A stretch of DNA of 64,000 bases from Bacteroidales bacterium (lineage in GTDB: Bacteria > Bacteroidota > Bacteroidia > Bacteroidales > UBA932), in contig JAQXJU010000065.1 of the NCBI GenBank assembly GCA_029009115.1, forward strand, positions 11,336-75,335, given 5' to 3'. Positions 56,106-64,000 of the stretch are shown piece after piece. Position 1 is the stretch's first letter; every line of letters starts with the position of its first letter. The notes beneath the pieces were generated by a model, which made no database searches, was not told where the DNA came from, and was given only the letters and a program-made list of their open reading frames with translations. Made by a program: the position numbers and the translations under genes.

Positions 56106-59100
56106 ATGATGATAAAGAGAATTGCAGCAGTGCTGTTTGCAGCAGCAGGCATCTGTCTGAGCCTCGGAGCTCAGAACAGTCCTTCGTGGATACGTTCAGC
56201 ATCCATCTCCCCCGACGGAAAGACCATTGCCTTTGCCTGGCAGGGAGATATCTGGACGGTCCCCGTCGGTGGAGGACTTGCGAGCCAGATTACTACCAAC
56301 CCCGCCCACGAGACCGACCCTATGTGGACTCCCGACGGCAGCCGCATAGTCTTCTCCTCGACCCGCGAGCTGTCGAAGGACATCTGGTCTGTTCCCGCAA
56401 GGGGAGGCCGTCCCACCCGGATTACGACTTTCCCCGGCAACGAAACCCCTCTTACCGTTACCCCCGACTCCAAGTTGGTCTTCTGGGCGAATATCCTTCC
56501 GGATCCTGCCTACAGCGGATTCCCTTCGACTCCCCAGATTTATGAGGTTTCTCTCGAGGGAGGCAAGCCCCGGATGATATTCTCAATACCTATGATGAAT
56601 ATGAGTTTCAATGCTGCCGGAGATGTCCTGTACGAAGACTACAAGGGCTACGAGGACAGCTTCCGTAAGCACCACACCTCGTCGGTAACCCGCGATATCT
56701 GGCTCTGTAGCAAGGGAGTATATCGCCAGCTGTCCGACTTCAAGGGCGAGGACCGCAACCCTGTGTTCGGCCCCGACGGCGACCGCTACTACTACATCAG
56801 CGAGCGCGACGGTACCCTGAACGTGTGGAGCGGCCGAATCTCGGATCCAACAGAGTTGAGGCAGATTACCCGTTTCACCACCAACCCTGTCCGCAACCTC
56901 AGCGTTGCGTCGGACGGTACCCTCCTTTTCGGCTGGAACGGCTCTCTTTACACCTGCCGCGACGGGGCTGAGCCTTCAAAGGTCAGCATCGAGGCCGTCA
57001 AGGATCAGCTTGAGAGGGATGTCGTGCGCAAGCGTATTCTGGGAGGGGTCACAGACTGCAGCCCTTCGCACAACGGCAAGGAGGTGGCAATAGTTTCGAG
57101 AGGCGAAATCTTTGTCAGTGCAGTTGATTTCAGCTCCACCGCCAGAGTTACCGAGACTCCCTATCAGGAAAGGGGAGTGAGCTTTGCCCCCGACGGAAAG
57201 ACTGTTTACTATGCCGCCGAGAAGAACGGGCACTGGGGAATCTACCGCAGTTCACCCAAGGATAAGAAGGCAAAGTTCCTCTCGCTTGAGACCGACTTCG
57301 AAGAGGAGCAGTTCTCCGACGGCGACCAGACCTGCTTCCAGCCGGCAGTATCTCCCGACGGAAAGTGGGTGGCATTCCTGCGCGACCGCACCGAAATCGT
57401 AATCAAGAGCACGAAGGGCAAGGAAGAAAGGTCGCTTCTGAAGGGAGCCAACTACTCCTACCGCGACGGCGACCTAGACTTCGCCTGGAGTCCCGACAGC
57501 CGTTACATCCTCACCGACTACGGTGCCCAGGGAGGATGGAACAATTCTGACATAGCCCTCATCGACATCGAGAAGGGCACGGTGACCAACCTGACCTGCA
57601 GCGGATATTCCGACGGCGGTTTCCGCTGGGCCCTCGGCGGAAAGGCTATGACCTGGACCTCCGACAAGGCCGGTTACCGCAGCCACGGCAGCTGGGGAGC
57701 CGAAAGGGACATTTACATTATGTTCTTCGACCGCCAGGCTTACACCGATTTCCTGCGCAACGAGAACGACACCAAGATAGAAAAGGCCGTCAGTGCTTCA
57801 GACAAGAAGAAGTCCGACTCTAAAGATAAGGACAAGAAGGACTCTACCAAGGTCGAGAAGGTCAAACCCCTCGAACTCGACCTCGAGAATCTTGAAGACA
57901 GAACCATAAGACTCACAAGCAATTCGGGCCGTCTCGGAGGGCATATCCTCTCGCCCGACGGCGAAAAGCTCTACTATGTCGCCAGTGGCCTCAAGGGTTC
58001 CGAACTCCTCTGTATGGAGGTCAAGTCCAGGAGCATCAAGGTGGTATCTTCGGGCATTGGAGGATTCGTGGCCAGCCCCGACGGCAAGAGCATCTACTTC
58101 TCGAGCCTGTTCGGAATAAGCAAGATGGATCTTGCCTCGGGCAAGAGGACTTCCATCTCCTTCAGCGGCGAGTACCAGTACAGGGCCGACAAGGAGCGAG
58201 AATACATCTTCGAGCATATCTGGAAGCAGGTTAAGGAGAAGTTCTACGATGCCGACATCCACGGAATCGACTGGCAGGGCATTCACGACAACTATGCCTC
58301 GTTCCTGCCTGACATCACCGACAACTACGCATTCCAGGAACTCCTATCCGAGATGCTCGGCGAACTCAACGGTTCGCATACCGGGGCCCGCTACCGCACC
58401 AGCGTTGGCGTAGGGGCAGGAAGGCTCGGTGTCCTGTACGACGACTCCTTCGATGGTGAGGGGCTCAGGATTGCCGAAGTGCTCCCGGGCAGCTGCCTTG
58501 GCAATGCATATCCTTCGCTGAAGGCCGGCGATGTCATCACCGCCGTGAACGGCAAACCCATTGCCGCAGGAAGCAACTGGTACGACGTTCTTCTGAATAA
58601 ATATGACAAGAGGACTGTAGTAAGCGTCAAGAGCGGCTCAAAGACAAGCGACGTTGTCGTGTATCCCACCAAGAGCGACACCGAACTGCTGTATCGCAGA
58701 TGGGTACGCCGGAACGAAGAGACTGTCGCACGCCTCTCGGGAGGCAAGGTTGGCTATGTCCACGTCAAGGGAATGGACTCCGACAGTTTCCGTGAGGTGT
58801 ATTCCAAGGCCCTCGGCAAGTATCGCAGCTGCGACGCCCTTATCGTGGATACCCGTCACAACGGCGGCGGGTGGCTCCACGACGACCTTGCGACCTTCCT
58901 CAGCGGCAAGGCATACATCGAGTTCCGCCCCCGCGGGCAGTACATCGGCACCGAGCCTTTCAGCAAATGGACCAAGCCGTCCTGCGTGCTTATGGGCGAG
59001 GACAACTATTCCGATGCCTGCGGCTTCCCCTATGTTTACAAGACCCTTGGTCTGGGTAAGCTCATAGGAGCCCCTGTGCCCGGAACGATGACTGCCGTAT

Positions 59101-59294
59101 GGTGGGAGTATCAGGTTGACTCCAGCATTGTCTTCGGTATTCCTCAGGTCACTTCTTGGGGCCTGAAGGAGAACCGACCCCTTGAAAATTTGCAGATAGA
59201 GCCTGATATTCTGGTATATAACGATCCGGCAAGCGTCGCCGAAGGCAGGGATATCCAGCTTGAAAGGGCTGTACAAGAGATGCTAGGAATGTAA
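56106..59294 (+). CDS. Tricorn-protease-like S41 peptidase with TolB/PD40-type beta-propeller repeats and a PDZ-like region
   Basis: ATG at 56106 (MMIKRIAAVLFAAAGICLSLGAQ). It has repeated SPDGK/TPDG motifs (SPDGKTIAF, TPDGSRIVFSS, SPDGKWVAF, SPDGEKLYY, SPDGKSIYF) and a C-terminal S41 block (LIVDTRHNGGGW). Confidence 0.8.
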   Translation: MMIKRIAAVLFAAAGICLSLGAQNSPSWIRSASISPDGKTIAFAWQGDIWTVPVGGGLASQITTNPAHETDPMWTPDGSRIVFSSTRELSKDIWSVPARGGRPTRITTFPGNETPLTVTPDSKLVFWANILPDPAYSGFPSTPQIYEVSLEGGKPRMIFSIPMMNMSFNAAGDVLYEDYKGYEDSFRKHHTSSVTRDIWLCSKGVYRQLSDFKGEDRNPVFGPDGDRYYYISERDGTLNVWSGRISDPTELRQITRFTTNPVRNLSVASDGTLLFGWNGSLYTCRDGAEPSKVSIEAVKDQLERDVVRKRILGGVTDCSPSHNGKEVAIVSRGEIFVSAVDFSSTARVTETPYQERGVSFAPDGKTVYYAAEKNGHWGIYRSSPKDKKAKFLSLETDFEEEQFSDGDQTCFQPAVSPDGKWVAFLRDRTEIVIKSTKGKEERSLLKGANYSYRDGDLDFAWSPDSRYILTDYGAQGGWNNSDIALIDIEKGTVTNLTCSGYSDGGFRWALGGKAMTWTSDKAGYRSHGSWGAERDIYIMFFDRQAYTDFLRNENDTKIEKAVSASDKKKSDSKDKDKKDSTKVEKVKPLELDLENLEDRTIRLTSNSGRLGGHILSPDGEKLYYVASGLKGSELLCMEVKSRSIKVVSSGIGGFVASPDGKSIYFSSLFGISKMDLASGKRTSISFSGEYQYRADKEREYIFEHIWKQVKEKFYDADIHGIDWQGIHDNYASFLPDITDNYAFQELLSEMLGELNGSHTGARYRTSVGVGAGRLGVLYDDSFDGEGLRIAEVLPGSCLGNAYPSLKAGDVITAVNGKPIAAGSNWYDVLLNKYDKRTVVSVKSGSKTSDVVVYPTKSDTELLYRRWVRRNEETVARLSGGKVGYVHVKGMDSDSFREVYSKALGKYRSCDALIVDTRHNGGGWLHDDLATFLSGKAYIEFRPRGQYIGTEPFSKWTKPSCVLMGEDNYSDACGFPYVYKTLGLGKLIGAPVPGTMTAVWWEYQVDSSIVFGIPQVTSWGLKENRPLENLQIEPDILVYNDPASVAEGRDIQLERAVQEMLGM

Positions 59295-59370
59295 AATAGT
59301 CATTATCAGGCAGGAAACGCTTGCTTTTTTGCGTTTTTTTTTATTGCTTTGCTACTTTCGGCCTGAATTT

Positions 59371-62300
59371 ATGAAGCAAAGTAAGATACTTTGTGTGCTG
59401 GCTGCTCTGTGCGTCAGCACACTTCTTTTTTCACAGACCTACCGTCAGGTTACCGGAAAGGTCCTTGATACCGACGACCTGCCTCTCCCCGGGGCGGTCG
59501 TAATGGTCGCCGGAACCAAGACCGTTGCCGTAGCCGACGAGAAGGGTTCGTTTTCACTGCGCCTTTCAGATGCGAAGAATACGCTGAATGTCAGCTTCCT
59601 GGGAATGGAAGACGTAAGTGTTGTCGTTGGCCCCGAGCAAAGCAGCCTTACAATCAGGATGAAGGCGAACAATATGCTTGAGGAGGTCATAGTGGCGGGT
59701 TATGGTGTTGTCCAGAACCGCGAAAACCTCACCGGATCGGCCTTCGAGGTAAAGTCGGAGAAGATTGCCAAACTGCCCGCCGCACGTATCGACAACCTTC
59801 TTGCCGGCCAGATTCCAGGCCTGCGCATAATGGAGAGCACCACTACCGGCGGCCGCACCTCCATCAAGATAAGGGTGCGAGGCGAGGGTTCGCTCAGCGC
59901 CTCGAACGAGCCTCTGTGGGTTATTGACGGGGTTCCCATCTATACCGGAACCAAGAACAACCAGGTTTACGGAACCAGCAATACCGTCAGCCCGATGTCG
60001 ATGATTGACCCCGAGGACATCGAGAGTATGACTGTTCTAAAGGATGCCTCCACGACCGCCCTCTACGGAGCCGACGGAGCCAACGGGGTTATTCTCGTCA
60101 CCACCAAGAGCGCCTCTGGCAAAGGAGCACGCTTCGGAGCTTCAGTCAAGTACGGTATCTCGAGCCTTGACCGTTCAACCACTGTCAAACGCCTGAACGG
60201 CAAGCAGTTCCTTGAGCTCGCAAGAGAAGGATGGGCCAATGCCGGCAAGGACCCCGCCCTCTTCCCCTATCAGGACAACGAGCACAATACCTACAGCACC
60301 ACCGACACAGACTGGTACAGCGTCTATTGCGGCATAGGCCAGAATATGCAGGCCAGCTTCAATGCATCGAGTTCTTCGGACAAGATTGAAAACTACTTCA
60401 CTGCGTCGTACTACACCAACAAGTCCAACTACATCGGCAACTCGCAGCAGAGGGTATCCTTCCGCAACAAAAGCAGTTTCAAGTTTACCGACAACTTCAA
60501 TATCCAGGTAAACCTGTCCGGAACCTATAACCACAACGACATCTTTACCATCTACTCGAGCTACGACGAGATTCCTCCCATCTTCGACCCTTATCTCGAG
60601 AATGGCGACTACAGGCTCTACAACTGGTATTATGACGATACCGGAGAGATGGTCCAGAAGAAGTTCTACGCCAACAAGCTCCCCGAACGCGAGTACAACG
60701 ACAACTACCAGCGTACAGGAACCGTTCAGGCAAATGCCCGTGCCTCGTGGAAACCTTTCAAGGGTATGGAGATATCCGCCGTGCTGGGCACCGACCTAAT
60801 GAATACCTACGAAGCCACCTACAGCGACTCGCGTACCCTTTCGGGAATGAGTTCGAGCGGCTACAACGGCTATTCACGCAGGTCAGGCGTGTTTTCGATG
60901 GTCTCAAACGGCAACTTCAGGGCCAATTACAACCGCACCTTCTCAGGCAAGCACAGCGTTCAGGGAATGGCTGGAATAGAACTGACCGACAAGCGCAACG
61001 AGTACCTCTATGCCACCGGCAACGGCTTTATGAACGATTCCATCAAGGAGATCAACTTTGCCGAGGCTTCTACCCGCAAGGGTTCTTCAAACGCCTACCA
61101 CAACAGGTCTCTCTCCTATATGGGATTCGCATCCTATTCCTACGACCGCCGTTACACGATAACCCTCACTGCCCGTCGCCAGGGTTATTCCTCGTTCAGT
61201 GACTATTCGCGCTGGGGCGAATTCCTGTCACTCGGTCTCAACTGGAACGTAAAGGCAGAACCCTTCTTCAACGTGGACCCCATTTCGACCCTGAATGTCA
61301 AGGCCTCCTACGGTAACAACGGAAACTCCCGCGTTGACACTTCCGCATCATACGGTTCGTATTCCATCTCCGACGGCAACTATTACGGAGGTGCTGCGGG
61401 AGCCGTGCGCGGAACTCCTGCCAATCCGGGTCTGAGTTGGGAGAATACCTACATCACCAACTTCGGATTCAACCTCGGATTCTGGCACCGGCTCAACTTC
61501 TCGGCCGAGTACTACAATAGGCGCACCGCCGACCTTCTGTACAGCGGAAGGGTATCTGCGGCCATCACCAGCGGCAGCGTCACGAGGAACGTGGGCGAAA
61601 TCACCAACCACGGTTTCGAGTTCACAATCAGCGGCACACCCATCGACAACGGAGATCTCACCTGGAATATCGAGCTCAACGGCTCCAAAAACTGGAATCT
61701 CATCACCAAGCTCTATAAGGGAATGCACACAGGCTTCTTCGACTATGTATGGATGGAGGGAGCCAGCAAGGATGCCTGGTGGCTGGTCAGATGGGCCGGA
61801 GTTGATCCTACCAACGGCAAACCTATGTGGTACGACATCGACGGCAACTTGACCTATACCTTCAGCTACGACAACCGTGTCCTTCTTCCGGAGTACTCGC
61901 ACGAGCCCGATTTGTACGGAGGTCTGACCAGCACCTTGAGATGGAAGAACCTCTCAGCCAGGATAGTTCTGGACTACACTCTCGGAGGATACGACCTCTT
62001 CAGCCTGCTCGACGACGGTTACGACTGTATAGGCGACAACCCTCCCGTCGAAGCGCTGGACCACTGGAGACAGAGCGGAGAAGCAGCCCTGAATCCCGCG
62101 TTCATATACAAGAACGACAGCAAGTCATTGACAAGCAGCACCCGCAACCTCTATAAGATGACCAATGTCCAGTTGAGGAACATCACCCTCACATACTCGG
62201 TCCCCAAAAACCTTTGCAAGGTCATTAACCTCAAGGGACTGGAACTCTCGCTCATTGGCGACAACCTCTATCTGTGGACTCCTGGCCAGAGTTCGAAACA

Positions 62301-62376
62301 CAACAGCTACAAGACCCTCAAATACAGCGAGGGTATGACAAGAACCGTTTCCGGACAGATTTCACTGCAGTTCTAA
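59371..62376 (+). CDS. SusC/RagA-family TonB-dependent outer-membrane transporter
   Basis: ATG at 59371 (MKQSKILCVLAALCVSTLLFSQ). It has a CarboxypepD_reg segment (VTGKVLDTDDLPLPGAVVMV), a plug (EEVIVAGYGVVQNRE, IRVRGEGS) and a terminal ...ISLQF. Confidence 0.92.
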   Translation: MKQSKILCVLAALCVSTLLFSQTYRQVTGKVLDTDDLPLPGAVVMVAGTKTVAVADEKGSFSLRLSDAKNTLNVSFLGMEDVSVVVGPEQSSLTIRMKANNMLEEVIVAGYGVVQNRENLTGSAFEVKSEKIAKLPAARIDNLLAGQIPGLRIMESTTTGGRTSIKIRVRGEGSLSASNEPLWVIDGVPIYTGTKNNQVYGTSNTVSPMSMIDPEDIESMTVLKDASTTALYGADGANGVILVTTKSASGKGARFGASVKYGISSLDRSTTVKRLNGKQFLELAREGWANAGKDPALFPYQDNEHNTYSTTDTDWYSVYCGIGQNMQASFNASSSSDKIENYFTASYYTNKSNYIGNSQQRVSFRNKSSFKFTDNFNIQVNLSGTYNHNDIFTIYSSYDEIPPIFDPYLENGDYRLYNWYYDDTGEMVQKKFYANKLPEREYNDNYQRTGTVQANARASWKPFKGMEISAVLGTDLMNTYEATYSDSRTLSGMSSSGYNGYSRRSGVFSMVSNGNFRANYNRTFSGKHSVQGMAGIELTDKRNEYLYATGNGFMNDSIKEINFAEASTRKGSSNAYHNRSLSYMGFASYSYDRRYTITLTARRQGYSSFSDYSRWGEFLSLGLNWNVKAEPFFNVDPISTLNVKASYGNNGNSRVDTSASYGSYSISDGNYYGGAAGAVRGTPANPGLSWENTYITNFGFNLGFWHRLNFSAEYYNRRTADLLYSGRVSAAITSGSVTRNVGEITNHGFEFTISGTPIDNGDLTWNIELNGSKNWNLITKLYKGMHTGFFDYVWMEGASKDAWWLVRWAGVDPTNGKPMWYDIDGNLTYTFSYDNRVLLPEYSHEPDLYGGLTSTLRWKNLSARIVLDYTLGGYDLFSLLDDGYDCIGDNPPVEALDHWRQSGEAALNPAFIYKNDSKSLTSSTRNLYKMTNVQLRNITLTYSVPKNLCKVINLKGLELSLIGDNLYLWTPGQSSKHNSYKTLKYSEGMTRTVSGQISLQF

Positions 62377-62377
62377 G

Positions 62378-63862
62378 ATGAAAAGAATAACACTGATATC
62401 AGCACTCGTGTCGCCTTTCCTCCTGACCGGATGCAACTTCCTGAAGGTCGAGAGCATTGGAAAGAGCACAATAGACACCTTCTTCAGCGAGCCTTCGGGG
62501 ATGATAGCAGCCGGAGAGGGGCTTCATACCCTTTTGCTTGAATTCTTCGACGACATAGTGATACGCTGTGCCGAGATGGGCGGAGATATGCTCAACGAGA
62601 ACAGCATAAATGCCGACGAGGGCATGGACCTTTACTACAACTTCGGTCTTACGCCCGACTACAATGCCACCTATCCACTCACTGCATACAGCAAGGGATA
62701 CACAGTGGTATCCAATGCAAACTATATCCTCAAATACGGTCCCTCTCTGATTGAGCAATATCCGACCCGTGCCGATGAGATGCGCCGGGTGATGGCATAT
62801 GCGTACTTTGCCCGTGCAGTTGCCCACCACCAGGAGTGCAACCTCTACGCCCAGCCCTGGTCCTATACCAAAGATGCCTCGCACCTCGGGATGCCTGTCA
62901 TTACCTATGTCCCCGGATTCGAGGATATCATCCCCCGAAAGACTGTCGCTCAGGTTTATGCCCAGGTCATCGAAGACCTCCACGAGGCTCTGAAGATCTT
63001 TAACTCCCTTGCCGCTTCGGGCGAAGAGACCTCGGTGAAAGACCCCTACCACATCAGTGGCATTGCCTGCGAGGCTATGCTAGCGAGGGTTTATCTCTAC
63101 AAGAACGACTGGGAGAATGCCGAGAAGTATTCCTCAAAGGTCATAGCCAAGGTCCCCCTCTCTCCCAGGAGCGAATATGTGGCAATGTTCCGCCAGAGCC
63201 AGACCAACAAGGGCAAGGAGACGATACTCAGGATGAACGGCTATGACAAGACCAGTTCGATGCGTGCCTTCTACGACCCCACAGCCCTTATGAAGTTCTA
63301 TCCCGACCCTGTTGTTTACACTTGGTTCGATGATGACGATGTTCGCAAGGAGCTACTTACTTATGTGGGAGAGTCCTGCGAGGACAGCTATGCCGGAAAG
63401 AGTTTCTCCGCGGTATGCAAGTTCCTCCCCCTGAAGAGTATTACCGACGAGATGCTCCGGGTTCCCGACAATTTCATTCTCCGTTGCTCCGAGATGTATC
63501 TCATTCACGCAGAGGCTCTTGTAAAGGGCGACTCTCACAATCTTTCTGCCGCTGCTGATGACCTCCGCAAGCTCATAGCCCGTGCGCGCGGATGTGCGGA
63601 GAGCAGTGTGTCGCTCCCGTACACAGATGCCTCGTCGCTCGAGGAACTGATTGATTTCGAACGTCGCCGCGAACTTGCCTATGAGGGGCACCGCCAGTTC
63701 GACATAGCCCGTACCGGACGCGACCTCGTGCGCTCTTCGACCAGCAACGCCAGGGTCAAGACCCTCAAGTATCCGGCCTACAATTACATCCTGCCCATAG
63801 CCCAGATGGAGATGCAGGCCAACGAGTCGATGATTCAGAACGATGGTTACAAAAAGCAATAG
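62378..63862 (+). CDS. SusD/RagB-family nutrient-binding lipoprotein
   Basis: 494 aa with a lipobox (LLTGCN). Motifs are YAYFARAVAHH, FILRCSEMYLIHAEA and IDFERRRELAYEGHRQFD. Confidence 0.9.
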   Translation: MKRITLISALVSPFLLTGCNFLKVESIGKSTIDTFFSEPSGMIAAGEGLHTLLLEFFDDIVIRCAEMGGDMLNENSINADEGMDLYYNFGLTPDYNATYPLTAYSKGYTVVSNANYILKYGPSLIEQYPTRADEMRRVMAYAYFARAVAHHQECNLYAQPWSYTKDASHLGMPVITYVPGFEDIIPRKTVAQVYAQVIEDLHEALKIFNSLAASGEETSVKDPYHISGIACEAMLARVYLYKNDWENAEKYSSKVIAKVPLSPRSEYVAMFRQSQTNKGKETILRMNGYDKTSSMRAFYDPTALMKFYPDPVVYTWFDDDDVRKELLTYVGESCEDSYAGKSFSAVCKFLPLKSITDEMLRVPDNFILRCSEMYLIHAEALVKGDSHNLSAAADDLRKLIARARGCAESSVSLPYTDASSLEELIDFERRRELAYEGHRQFDIARTGRDLVRSSTSNARVKTLKYPAYNYILPIAQMEMQANESMIQNDGYKKQ

Positions 63863-63875
63863 ACCTTTTCCGAAG

Positions 63876-64000
63876 ATGAGAAAGATATTTGCCATACTTG
63901 CCGCAGCATCCATTTTTGCAGGATGCGATGACAATGTCAACGAGGTATTTTCCGACTACTTTGTCTGCATCAAAGACGAGAACGAATCGGAGACTTCCAC
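63876..64000 (+). CDS. Lipoprotein of unknown function, N-terminal fragment (runs off the window end)
   Basis: My translation from the ATG at 63876 gives MRKIFAILAAASIFAGCDDNVNEVFSDYFVCIKDENESETS, with a signal peptide and lipobox. It sits in the usual third-gene position after SusC/SusD. Confidence 0.55.
   Translation, partial: MRKIFAILAAASIFAGCDDNVNEVFSDYFVCIKDENESETS

Overview
This is a chromosomal segment from a moderately GC-rich Bacteroidota (Bacteroidales-type) genome. The evidence is two SusC/SusD pairs, many lipoproteins, TAnnTTTG-type promoter boxes and an RseC-RnfBCDGEA operon. Gene content runs as follows. (1) The distal part of the ribosomal-protein S10/spc cluster on the minus strand (rplP-rpmC-rpsQ-rplN-rplX-rplE-rpsN-rpsH). 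(2) A plus-strand polysaccharide utilisation locus (PUL) at 3.6-16.7 kb: FecR-type anti-sigma, STN-SusC, SusD, a heparinase II/III-like lyase, two lipoproteins and a PL8 lyase. (3) alaS and an LptF/G-like permease ORF that reads without a stop into fmt (minus strand). (4) Two M23 peptidases, a MerR regulator, a zinc-ribbon protein and dnaB. (5) The rnf operon, a small OMP and tRNA-Arg(TCT). (6) A nucleotidyltransferase-GHMP kinase fusion, a membrane protein, a DUF4886/CE15 esterase, a GNAT and a lipoprotein. (7) NfnAB-like oxidoreductase, Dcp peptidase, a mannitol-dehydrogenase-family reductase, a UPF0104 membrane protein, a PfkB kinase, DUF368, an MBL hydrolase, cysS, xth and a tricorn-like S41 protease. 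(8) A second SusC/SusD pair. No defence system, prophage, integrase, transposase or CRISPR array was recognised. The most unusual content is non-genic. A family of tandem about 63-bp hairpin-containing mosaic repeat arrays (BIME/REP-like architecture) occurs at three loci: 3.07-3.57 kb, 32.95-33.6 kb (inverted) and 46.59-47.26 kb. These arrays sit near other signs of local DNA instability: a ribosomal operon that ends abruptly upstream of rplP, tandemly duplicated 3' ends of rnfA and of the reductase gene, G-quadruplex-type G/C tracts, and in-frame Ala/Pro/Asp/Thr/Gly-rich minisatellites inside three enzymes. All functional calls rest on motif recognition by eye; no database search was possible.
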